64,000 bases of DNA from an uncultured Spirochaetota bacterium. Its GTDB lineage: Bacteria; Spirochaetota; Spirochaetia; SZUA-6; Fen-1364. This document shows positions 19,423 through 31,231 of the stretch, in pieces. The notes under the pieces were generated by a model. It made no database searches and was not told the DNA's origin. It worked only from the letters and a program-made list of their open reading frames with translations. The stretch lies in the NCBI GenBank assembly GCA_963820525.1, contig CAWGAA010000001.1, positions 1,344,001-1,408,000 of the forward strand, read 5' to 3'. How positions within the stretch are numbered: position 1 is the first letter of the stretch; each line of letters begins with the position of its first letter. The translations under genes were made by a program, and so were the position numbers.

Positions 19423-22400
19423 CCAAACCCTCCCAATTGGCTAGTCGCCGGTGTTGGCCGTAATCGTAACGGGCGTTCTCTCGTAAAGCGCTGTTTGCAC
19501 AGTATCTCCGAGCTCATTGACATTGGCGTTACTCATTCGAATACAACCGTATGTATTATCATTGATATTGTTCGCAGCCTGTGGAGACGTCACGGATCCG
19601 GCTACACCATAGGCATTCCCACGCTCGTCATATCCCCCGCCGTGGACTGCATAGCCCCAGTCGGTTGTCGTACCACTCGGGACCCAATTGCCTTCGGGAT
19701 TCTGGACCTGGGTTGTAACGGTCTGATGAGCGTCCGTAATTATTTCAGTCTGGCCATAAGCGTCGTTGTTTGGATGTCTCACTTCTGTAACGTTCCACGT
19801 TCCATTGGGAAATCGTTGAGGATAGTAGTTCTGCCCGCTTGGAGTTGTTGTCGCAGCGGGGGTCGCCATAGGTTGCGGATTGTTTGTGGCTGTATATGTG
19901 GCGACCTTTATGGTCGAAATCGCACCCGTATGAGAGGTGACATCAAGATAAACGCCCATTCTCTGATTTGCTCTGTCAAACACCAAACGCAGTCTGTCCA
20001 ACCCCGTGGGATCCACGAACGCCAGTGGGTTATTCCAGCAGTACGCATACCAGTTCGCCCCATCGCGAGCTGGGTCCTCGGTTATGAATCTGCCTAGTTG
20101 TGGGTCATACCATCTGGCGTTGGAGTAATACAGGCCGGTGTCAGGATCAAGTTCCTTGCCCGTGTACATGCCGTCGAAGTCTAGTATCCCATTACTTCTC
20201 GCAATCTTTCCGAACGCTTCATACTCTGCATCCCACACAATCTGCCCCGAGATATTGGTAACGACATTGGTCGTTCCTTCGTGGTCGGTGTGATGCCAAT
20301 ATGTCGTGCTGGTAGTCTCTGACGTGCGCACCTCGGCCCAGATCTGCCCTAGGGCTTCAATATACTTCCGCTGCACCTTTCCGTCTTCAGTCCAGAGCAA
20401 GTCGCCGGAAAGATCGTACTGATAGTAGTAAACGGTAGAACCCTTTGTCGTCTGAACCCTCAGGTCCCTGATATCGTACGAGTAACGGGCCACAGCCTTT
20501 AGCCCGGTGGTCCCTTTAGTCGAGTGACCCACCTGCACAAGACGGTTCTTCAGGTCGTACGTGTATTGCCAGAGCTCGCCGTTGTCTTGGTCCCAGGCGG
20601 ATCGATTGGCAGCCGAGTCCCATCTCCCCTGGTTTCCGCGCGAGATCAGGTTCCCGTTCGCGTCGTAGTTGAATGACCAGCTTCCTGCCTGCTTAATTCT
20701 GCTTGAGCCGGCGTAATAGGTGTACACCTTGTCTTCTGAATAGCTGCCCTTGATATCGTTTTCCGCAAGCCTGTTGCCAAGGGCATCATATGTCCAAGAA
20801 GTCATATGTCCATTAACGTTGAACCAAACCTGTACCAGCTTCAAGGGGGTGTCGACCACCGTCGAATTATCCTCGGCGTGATTGCTTTCATCTCTTTCAT
20901 CCCAGGTCATGTGGACCTTCAAGAACTGAGCCTGATGAGAGCTTTCAAGTTGCAGCGTTACTCCACCTTCGTCCTGCATCCAAGTGGTGTCGGTGAGCTT
21001 TGTCCAGCTGCCGGATGTTCCGTCATTGCTCGCATAAAGCTCTACAGTTCTGGGAGAAATCCTGGAGCTGACGCCCGCAAGCCTTACCTTGTTGATGTTT
21101 CGAGCAGTCTGGAAATCGACCCCAACACTGGAAGCGTGGTAGTCCAGTTTGACAGGAGCGGATGGGTCACTGAAATCGAGGGGATTCCTTCCCGCCACAT
21201 CTCGTTCCCGGCTTCCGTAGTTTATGCCGCTTATGTCTTTGGTGTTTACTTCAAACTCGCCGGCTTCCTGAGTCAAAACCAGCCGGTTGAGCTTGTCATA
21301 GCCGTAAGAGCTGTAATGTCCATCCTTCACCTGGGTTACCAGGTTTCCTTCATTGTCCCATGCCAGGCTCCGAGCTGATTTTCCTTCAATATGCCAGTCA
21401 TACTCTTCAAGCGATCCGGTGATGGGATCCCAATTCTTCGTGCGCCGCGAGCCGTCGGACGCCGAAAGGCTGGTGAGCCTTCCCATGAAGTTATACTGCC
21501 CGGCTGAGGCGTAGCCAGGAATGTCGGTGAGTTGTCCAAGGCCATTATAAAGACAGCTCACGACACTTCCATCAGGGTAGGTGATGCTTGTCGGGTTATG
21601 GGCGTCGTCATAAGTATAGGAGACGCTGAGATTCTTTGAACCGACAGAAGTAGTGTAGCTGTTGATCAGGTCGTATGGATCCGGGACATAAATGGAGCTT
21701 GCCTGGTTTATCGAAGTCTGAACGCTCCCATCGGTTGCAGACTTCAGAGATCCCGCCGCGTCATAAGTCCAGGATTCATTGAGAGACCGGCTTCCGTTTG
21801 AGAAGCTCTTGGAAGTGATGCGTCCCGCATTGTCGTAGCCGTTTGTGATTGTGGTCTGGTTGGGGTCAGTTTGTTGGATCACAAGACCACGTTCATCGTA
21901 GGCGTAGCTCCAAACTTGACCCAGGTTGTTCTGTTCATAGGTAAGCTCTCCGTATTGGTCATACCCACGTACCCACACCTGGTTTCCATTCTGTGGATTC
22001 TCGAAAACGCTCTGTACGGGTTCGTCCCAGACATCGTAGACGGTTCGTGTGACATTGCTGTAAGGGTCTGTGCTGCTGGCGGGCTTGTTCTGGCTATTGA
22101 ACACTACCGTGGTGGTGTAGCCCATGGCGTCGCTTGTGCTTGTGGCGCGGCCCAGCTTATCCAGGATCAAGTGCTGCTCTGTTCTATCCGGGAAATAGGT
22201 ATCGGTAAGGCGGCTCATGCCGTCATACGTCTTTGAGGTCACAAGGCCGGAGCTTGATTCGGGGTGTGCCGTGTTCAAGTTCGACACGACGATTTCCTTA
22301 ACCGGATTTCCTTTAGCGTCGTACCCCCAAGCAGTGACTAGTGGCCCCGTTCCATCGGCACCGCTTACGCTTTGGCTGGTCTTTCTATTGCGAGAATCAT

Positions 22401-23300
22401 AGGTCCAAACCGTGACTTTCCCGGCAGGATCGATCTGGCTTGTGGCATTGCCGCGAAGATCGTAGGAGATCTGGACCTTTCCGCGCGGCCGTCCTGCCAC
22501 GGGCGGCAAGTCCGCTAACACGAGGCGGTCGAGGTCGTTATACAGGTAATTAAGGGTGAAGTTGTCCGAAACCGAGGGGTTGGGATTGGATCTTGGATCC
22601 TTCATCTGGATCTTTCGATCCCGGATATCGTAGCGGTAGCGGACGGTTGCGCCGGTTGGATCGGTTTCGGTGAGCACTTGATTGCGGCTGGAGTAGCTTT
22701 TAAAGCTCAGTCCTTCTACTCCATCGACGTCCATGCTGTTATTCTTGATCGCTTCAACAACAAGCGGATCGGCATGTTGAATGAGGTTTCCCGAAGCGTC
22801 GTACCAGCTCCATTCCTCGCGTGTCCCAACAAGCTTCTTGATCGCTCTTCCCGCTGTGTCATAGGTAGATTCCACTGTTCGATAGTTGCCGGAGTGCCCT
22901 GTCTGTTGCCTGATGGCCTGCCCAGCATCGTCGTAGAGCGTGATATCTGTGGGTGTGGCGGTTGTCAGAGTAACATCGGGGAGGACAGTTGACGGCGTGG
23001 GCGGACTTTGCCAAACATCCACTGGAGGATGATCTACCTCTCTGGGCTTTCCGAATGGGCTATATCTGGTAACCGTCTTTTGCCCCAACGGATCGACAAC
23101 CGCGACAGTCTCTCCCAGGCCATTGTAATATGTCTGGGTAACGGCGTTAATTCCCCGCGGATCCACGATCTTGGTTTGTGTAGCGTCCTTCCAGGTGGTC
23201 CATTCCTGGGTGATTATCCCGCGCTCGTCCGTAGTGGTTTTAAGATTCTGAGAGTCGTCGTACACCGTGCTGATTCCGGCGCCGTCGGGGTACGATATGC

Positions 23301-24919
23301 GGGATATAACCGAATCTTGTGGGTGGACAGGGAATAAAAAGAGCGTATCCTTCGGTGAAACCAAGCACAACCAAGGAATCACCGATTGGAGGACACGCTC
23401 ATGGACGAAACTATCACATCCGGGCTGAAAATCGAAGGGGGCAATTCCCAGGAATTGTTGGAGCAGTTGGTCCGCTCTGGCGCGCGCAGTGCCCTGCAGG
23501 CGGCGCTGGAGGAAGAAGTCAATCAGTTCCTGCAAAAGTTCACGCACTTGCGAGACGAGAAAGGGCACCGGAAGGCGGTGCGCAACGGCTACATGCCCCC
23601 GCGGACCATCCTCAGCGGGGTCGGGCCACTGCCGATCCGTCAACCGCGCGTGGACGATCGCGGGCTTCGCGATATCGAAGGGGGCGAACGATTCTCCAGC
23701 AGGATCCTGCCGCGCTTCATGCGCAAGATGCCGAGCCTGGAGGGGTTGATCCCGGTGCTGTACCTGAAGGGCATCTCCACGGGGGACTTCAGCGAAGCTT
23801 TGGCTGCGATCCTGGGCGAAGGGGCCAAGGGGCTGTCGGCCTCGACGATCACGCGGCTGAAGGAGGGGTGGCTGGAGGAGCACACGCAGTGGAGCAGCCG
23901 GGGCCTGGAGGACAAGGAGTACGTGTACCTGTGGGCGGACGGCATCTACGTCAACGTGCGTCTGGATGACGAACGCAGTTGTCTGCTGGTGCTCATCGGG
24001 GCCACACGGGAGGGCAAGAAGGAGCTGGTGGCCGTCAGCGACGGCTATCGCGAGAGTAAGGCCAGCTGGCGGGAGATGCTGCTGGACCTGAAGGCCCGGG
24101 GGCTGAGAATGGCAGGAAAACTGGTCATTGGGGATGGGGCGCTGGGATTCTGGGCAGCGGCCGAGGAGGTGTTCCCGGGGATGAAGCACCAACGCTGCTG
24201 GGTGCACAAGACCGCCAACGTTCTGGACAAGCTGCCCAAGGGGGTTCAGTCGAAGGCCAAGGCGATGCTTCACGCCATGTATCAGGCCGAGACGAAGGAG
24301 GCGGCACTGAAGGCGTATCGTTTGTTCATCGGCTGCTTTAGGGACAAGTACCCCAAGGCCGTGGAATGCCTGGAGAAGGACGAGCAGGCCCTTTTCACGT
24401 TCTACGAGTTTCCCGCGGCGCACTGGCTTCACATACGAACGACCAACCCCATCGAGTCCACGTTCGCGACGGTGAGGCTTCGCACGGCGAAGACCAAGGG
24501 GTGCGGATCGCGGGCGGCCACCCTGTCGATGGTGTTCAAGCTCTGCCGGGAGGCGGAGAAGAGCTGGCGGGGTCTGGACGGGGCAAAGTGGATCCCGATG
24601 GTGCTGGAGGGCAAGCGTTTCATCGACGGAGAGCTCAAGGAGGACGTCGCGTAGCGGCATCCGTCAGCCACCCGGGGCTGGGAAGATCGGCGGCGAACAG
24701 GATGGCTGCAAATCGTCGTGAGGATGTTCGACGAGTCATCGACTGAAAAATCGTGCGTCGTGGTGGGCCTACAACGCATTTGCGAAGGCCAGTTGGTATC
24801 TGTACACCCCCTCTACGGCGCCCGGTCTCGAGGAAAGGAGGGCATAGGGGTCAACAGCAGTTTCGAAATCATCGTTGGATACGCTCGCAATCCTGATCCA
24901 CAAGAATTGACAATATCCC
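23301..24919 (+). mobile_element. IS256-family insertion sequence, 1619 bp
   Basis: Imperfect 24-bp terminal IRs GGGATATAACCGAATCTTGTGGGT / GGGATATTGTCAATTCTTGTGGAT; 9-bp TSD ACGATATGC at 23292-23300 and 24920-24928. Confidence 0.95.
23401..24654 (+). CDS. IS256-family (mutator-type) DDE transposase
   Basis: RNGY, LYLKGISTGD, YLWADGIY, IGDGALG, QRCWVHK, RTTNPIES; GGAGGA SD. Confidence 0.96.
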   Translation: MDETITSGLKIEGGNSQELLEQLVRSGARSALQAALEEEVNQFLQKFTHLRDEKGHRKAVRNGYMPPRTILSGVGPLPIRQPRVDDRGLRDIEGGERFSSRILPRFMRKMPSLEGLIPVLYLKGISTGDFSEALAAILGEGAKGLSASTITRLKEGWLEEHTQWSSRGLEDKEYVYLWADGIYVNVRLDDERSCLLVLIGATREGKKELVAVSDGYRESKASWREMLLDLKARGLRMAGKLVIGDGALGFWAAAEEVFPGMKHQRCWVHKTANVLDKLPKGVQSKAKAMLHAMYQAETKEAALKAYRLFIGCFRDKYPKAVECLEKDEQALFTFYEFPAAHWLHIRTTNPIESTFATVRLRTAKTKGCGSRAATLSMVFKLCREAEKSWRGLDGAKWIPMVLEGKRFIDGELKEDVA

Positions 24920-27900
24920 ACGATATGCTTGCAGGCCTTCCTTTCGCATCATATCCATAACCGGTAGTATGCCCGTTTGGATCCGTCATTGAGGCCACAT
25001 CGCCCCAAGCCGTATACGTCACCCTTGTGGTAATGTCTTCAGGAGTCGCCAGGGCAACAAGCGCACCGGCCTGGACTCCCAAATAGTTGTGCTTGTCTAT
25101 GCGTATCAATTGCCCCAGTGTGTCATAGGCATACACCTCGAAAGGCTTTCCGATGTTGTTGCTCGCCCCTGAGGTGAAAGATGCTTTGTAGACGGTTGCG
25201 GTGAGAGCGGAATCGTTGTATGCAATATGGGTCCATGGCGAATTGGCATGAACCACGTTCCAGGTTCCGGGGGCTAGCGGAGGCTCATCACCGGGCTTGA
25301 TCGTGTCGGTGACCCTGCCTAGCTTGTCATAGCGATATTCGGTTACATATCCCCGGGCATCCTTCTCGTAGAGCTTCCAGCCGCTCCACCAGTCCGTAGC
25401 GGTCTCGCTGACAAGGCTTGTTCGGCTGCCGATGGGGTCGGCCACATTCTGGACGGTCTGCGTCGCGACGAAAAAGTCCTTCGAGGTTCTTGAGTAATCA
25501 TAATCCCAGATGGTTTTCTGGTCGGGGTTCGGGCCGGTCTTGCTCTTTACCGCACCGGCGGATAGAAGAGCCGAGTCTGTAAAGTATTCGTAATCAGACC
25601 TTGACCAGTGATCGCCCAGCCACAAACCTTCTGATTTCTTGAGCCCAAATGAATTATACAGGAACTGCTGGGCACGTTCATCGAATCCGCCGCCCGCCTC
25701 ATTGGGGCGGTAGGCATGGATCAGCGTGCCCTTGAGCAGGTCATGTGTTTCTCCATTGCTCAGTGCATCATCCGATCCCATTGAGGGCAGATTCCAAACG
25801 GAGGGAGCTGAGGATCCGCTGTTCAGATACCACATCCATCGTTCGCATTTGTTTTCTCTGCCGTTGGCAAAGCTGTCTTCAAAAACGTAAGTCTGGTTTC
25901 CCCAAGCGTCATAGCGATAGACATTCCTGGAAGTCGTGGCAGATCCACGAGTTGTTGTTGAAGCTGTGATGTGATGATGCGTGGTGTCCCATGTATTGGA
26001 AACTGATTCGAGAAACCTCCCGGTGGCCGCATCGTATGTTGAAGAACCGGATTGGAGCGTGGAGACTTCGTTCACCGTTAATCCTTGACTGGAAAAGACG
26101 GACTGGAGGTATGTCGCGAGGTAATCGTCCCAGCTTATGAACCGGTTTCGGCTGTGGACCACCGTCATGAAGTCTTGCACGGTTTTTAGCCGGCCATCAT
26201 TGGTCGTTGCCCTACTTACGTAGAATTGGTATTCCCTCGAAGACCATTCATAGGAGTAGCTTGTGTTCCTGATAACCCCTGTGCTGCTTGTCACCTTGAC
26301 GTTTTCAGTCGCTAAACGAAGAATGATGTCGTAGCTGAGCTTGAGGGCGGTAGGGAAGAGACCCAAAAACCAGTCGTCCGCTTCCGCCTTGAACAGCGAT
26401 AAGTCCTTGACGCCGACGCCGACATCCGTGGTTCCTATTCCGGGGGCGACGACCCTGCTGATGGCATATGGGAAATTGAGCTCGATATGTCCGCTTAAGG
26501 TCAGATCCGCTATTCCCAACAGATTGTTCATGAATCCAAGGCCGGTCAGTTCGAGCAGGAGGGCGAGGAAATTGATTTTGACGCTTCCCCCTCCTGCAAC
26601 AAGGGTTTTTCGTTCATAAAAGTAGGTGCTGATTCTGCCTACCGGATCTGTCGAGGAGTCGAGAGTCGGGAGAAAATTGAACAAGAAGGATAGGTCACTG
26701 GAGGCGGTCCAATTGTAATTGTAGCTGGCTGTCCTTGTTTGGCCCTCAAAGCCGGAAGTCGAGATCTTGGTAATGACCGGCTTTAAAAAGATGGAAGCCG
26801 CCGGCGGCAAATTGTACTCGAAATTGACTTTTCGGCCGAAATCGTCCGTTATACTTTCAAGCAGAAGGCCGTTGTAGGTGAAGTGAAATCCCGATAAGCC
26901 GGTCTTATCCCTTATCTGGACCACACGGCCGTTTCCATCAAAAAGATAGTAGGTGCCGTCTCTTGTCCACAGCTCGCTTGCAATCGTGTTCCAGCCCGGA
27001 ATTAATTTGGGAAGGAGATTCAGCGTTCCATCGCCCACACCAAGAGCTTGGCAGATTTTAGAGATTGCGGCTGAGCCGGTTATGCCGGTTGCATCTATGT
27101 TACCCCGAACCTGCGTGGCGCGGAAATGAAAATCCTCGCCTTCATGAAACTCGAAGTCAAGAGTCCGTGAAACCGGATTCGACCAGAAGCTGCTCTGGCT
27201 TTCCATCTGGTTGATGCCGTAGTAGCCGCCGGTGGGAAGCCGAACCATCACCGTTTCATTCGTGGTTATCACGTAGGGAAGGCTCAACCGCCAGCCGACG
27301 CCTAGGGAAAGTGCGTAATCTCCGTTATGTTTCAACATGCCGTCGACCTTTGCCTTGATTGCCCCCACCATGGTGCTTACGCCGTTGGAGACCAGCTGTC
27401 CTCCGATGAAATCACCCAGTCCGGCAAGATCCCCCAGATTGGAAAGGCCAAGGCTGATCGATGCACTCAAAGAAAGGCTCGGGCTGTCAACGGTCGCCGT
27501 GCCTGTGTCATACATCCTCTTGATGGGAAGGGTGAATCCGTTCTTTCCCTGAAGAACGAACTCCGTGACTTCCACCATCGCCGTTCCGCCCTGTGGGGAC
27601 ACCGTCACCGCCCCCAAGGAGCTTTCCCCCTTGAACGGGCTATGCCCGATGTCCTTGAGCTGCTGGGGTGAGAGGTCCTGGATCATGGTGGGTTGAACGG
27701 AAAACGCGGTGAAATGGTTTGTAAAGAAGAGGATTTTATGCTGATCTCGGTCTATCGCAGACTTTTCGATAAGAAACCATTTATTCCAAGTCGTATCGAA
27801 GTAGTAAACGCCGAGGTTCGCTTCGGGAAACCCGTTGGGAAGCCGGCTTTCATCATAATCCAGGACTACGACCACTTCTTTGGAGAACTCGGCATGCGAG

Positions 27901-30900
27901 TTTTCGCTTAAGCTCCCGTCTTGGCCCAGCGCCAGTGTGCTTAAGGAGTAGATGGGTCCGATTATGGGATAGGCTGAGGCGTCCTGCAGCCCCTGGCTTT
28001 CCACCTCCTGCACAAGGACCACCTTGTCCTCCTGCGGCAAAGCCGAAGGTGGGATGACCACCCCAAAACCCTTGTATTCTACAATCGTGGTCTCTTGGGG
28101 ATTTGAGGAAACCGGTTGGACCGCCAGTCCGGAAATAGTGTCCAAGGTCTGTGTCTTGGGCCCCATGTTGGCGGCGCGGTCTTCAGCCCAAACCTCATAG
28201 CTGTACACGTCTCCATCGGTCAAGCCCGTGTCATCCACCTGGAGAGAAGGAGTGAGATGTTCCCCGTCGGGCAAGGCCGGCGAGCGAACTATGTGATACC
28301 GTATAACGTCCGTGTCGGAAGTCTGCCAGATCACCTCCACCAAGCCCTTGCCTGGTATGCCCTTGAGATTCTGAACGGCAGCAGGCGGAGTGGTATCGAT
28401 TTTCAATTCAATGGATTCGATGGTCGCATTCCCCGCCACATCCAGCGCTTTCACTTGCACCTGGTGAACGCCGTCTGAAAGAATTGGTAGTCTGTAGGGG
28501 CTGCTCTGGGACGTCCAGCTTCCGGCATCGATCTGTGCCTCGAAGTGATCCATTCCCGAATAGCTGTCTGTAGTTGAGAACGAGATTGTGGGCTGGTTGT
28601 TGCTCGTCCAGCCGCTGACGTTCGCCGTGATAATAAAGCGCGCGGGAGGCGTGTTGTCGATCTTAAGCGGCACACTGACTACCGACCCCGCGGTTCCCGC
28701 CTTGTTCACGGGCTGCAGCTTGAAGACAAACGCGCCTTCAACCGTCATGGGGATAGAGAGGCTGAAGGATCCCGAGGAGGCGTCGTAGCCGACGCCGTTG
28801 ACGATGATTCGATCGGGATCGGGGCTGTTTACGGTTCCCTTGACGGGAACAACGCGGGAATAGAACGTGTTTGCCACGGGCTGGATCAGGCTCAGACTCG
28901 GCTTGGATCGATCTAAAAAAACCTGAAGAGTTTTCGTGACAGGCTTGATGCGGTCGTCAGCGGTAACGACGAGCGTGTTCAACCCGTCCGAAAGCGTGAT
29001 GGGCTGGCTGGTGTAGCGGAAGCCGTCAATTGTCGCCGTCTTTCCGTTAACTGTGACCTTGACCCGATTCCTGCTTATAACGGTGCCGGATACCACATAC
29101 TTTGCAGAATTGACATAGGCAACACGGCCCTCTCCGTCTATTGTTAGAATAATGCCTTTGTCATAGCGAACGATTGTCACCGTGGCCTTCTGGATCATGG
29201 CACCGGTTCTCACATCGTAGGCATACACGGGAATCGTGTTGATTCCATACTGTAGGCCGGCCGTGTAATGGAAGGCGCCGGAAATCACGGGAACTTCCTG
29301 GGCTCCCGCCAGAATGCGAACATTGGAGTCCTTCACCCACCCGGACAACATGTAGGTTTCACTTTCAGTCTTGATGGGTTGATCCGAATCGAACCAGAAC
29401 TTCACGATATCGTCAGGGTCTTCACCAACAAGGACTCCAATTGACCGACTCGCCAATAGGTTCTTATCCTTGAAGGCCTGGGCCACAATCGTCTCTAAAC
29501 CATTCTTATCCAGATCAAGAGCTCGCAGGCGAATCGTGAAGATGTTCCCGCGGACCGAGGCTTTGTGTCCGCTGACCTTTACCTCGACCCCTTCCTGGTC
29601 CACCTCTCCTATCAGATACCCGCTTCGGCTTTCTCCCCGGGACAGGCTTTCCCCGTTCTTGGGCCACAAAACGGAAACACTCGCGGCACCGGCATCGTTT
29701 GAGTCTCCCCACGTCTCGATCTCGCCAATGCCCCTTTGCCCGCAAACCACCTTGACCTGAGCCAGGTCTCCCCACGAGGAGTAAAGCTTGCCTCCCTCCT
29801 CGACAAGGAACTCACCCTCGGTCCATCCTCCCGCTCCGTCGGGCAAAAGAATCTGCCCGTCTCCTACAAGCCTCAATCGTCCAAAGCTCACGGGAGGGAC
29901 AAATGTTTTGACAAAGCTGTCCCCCGTCCAATTGCCAATCTGCCAACCGTCCGAAATATCAGGGACGCCCCAATCGACGTTTATCCTGCCATCGGAGGCT
30001 TGTAGGCGAACTCGGCCTTCCACCCAGTCCGATCCCACCCCGCCAACGGCAACGAAGTTCTCCCCTTCGTTCATGGCGGTTTCAAGGTCATCTGCGCGGA
30101 AGTAGCCGACGCCATTGCTCGATCCAAGCAGGCGCACGGCTCGCGAGCTGCCGTTTATGGTCAAACTCGGACTTTGGCTGCCGTCGCCTTTCAGGGCAAA
30201 CTCATAAGCGGCCTTTCTCTCATCGTCTTTGGCTCTCGAGAACACTGCAAAGCGTCCACCGTCTACGAGGTTTCCTTCGGCAAGGATTTCGGGAAAAGAA
30301 TCTCCTTCATAGGCACCGACTCCCCAGAGTGAGACCTCACCAATGCTTGCCCAGTCGAACATTCCCCTGGAAAGCGTGAACTTCATTTGACTGATAAGAG
30401 CCTGCTTCTTCGGATTGTCCAGGCTCGTCCACTGTCCAGGCTTCGGAGCAATGCGGCCCAGTTCCTGCCAACTGCCATCTATATAGCCCTGGACGATTAC
30501 CGTACTCCTTGCGGTGTCGTCAAAATACACATCGATGCGGTGCAGGTGCTTGCCTGCCCCCAGATCCGCCCATGCCACCGATCCCCAGTCGCTGCAGGTG
30601 CCCCAGTGACCGTCCGTTTTATCGTGGAAGAACCTCCGGGCGTCATCGTCGTCCCAATCGTCGTCGGCAGTGGGACGCGTTTTCCAGCTCGTTCCGACCT
30701 TACCGTCGAAGAGGTTGGATACGGGGTAGAACGAAGAGCTGTCGGGGGTGCCCTTGACGGCTACGGGCTGGATACGGTTCCAGATAGTCCCCACGTCCCT
30801 TCCCTGGATCGTAAGCTCGTTGATCTGGACCTGGCTCAAATCCGCGGCCTCGATGCTTAGCCTGATCGTATCCGTTACCAACTTTTCAAAGCTTAAGTCC

Positions 30901-31231
30901 CAATCGTTTCCGCTCTGCCTGCTGAAGAAATCACGATATGTTCCGTTTGTCTCATACTGCCAGTGAACAACGACGTCGTCACCGCCCTGGATCAAAAGAC
31001 CTGCCTTGCCTACCAGGTACGGACCTGCCAGGCTCACGTCGATCCAGCCCGTGGTTCCACCCGCGAAGCGAATGCCCGTGTCGGCTCGACCGTCAATGAG
31101 CTCCGCACCGAGGCTTTGCCCCTGCAGCGTAGAGGAGAAATCCAGCTTTGAAATCGCGATGGTCTGGCCGTAGCACCAGGCGCCCACGAGAATCAACGCC
31201 GCAACGATTGTTATTATCTTTTTCATCTTGT

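Noticed and set aside
19441..24660. 1739-aa ORF as a single gene
   Set aside because: Its first ~450 aa are the antisense frame of the IS256 element running into the RHS C-terminal half.
24813..24919. C-terminus WDIVNSCG... of the 2140-aa ORF
   Set aside because: Read-through into the IS right end; not native RHS sequence.
24907..24935. Outward TTGACA in the IS right IR forming a hybrid promoter
   Set aside because: No credible -10 at 17-bp spacing (TGCAGG), and it points antisense to the RHS gene.
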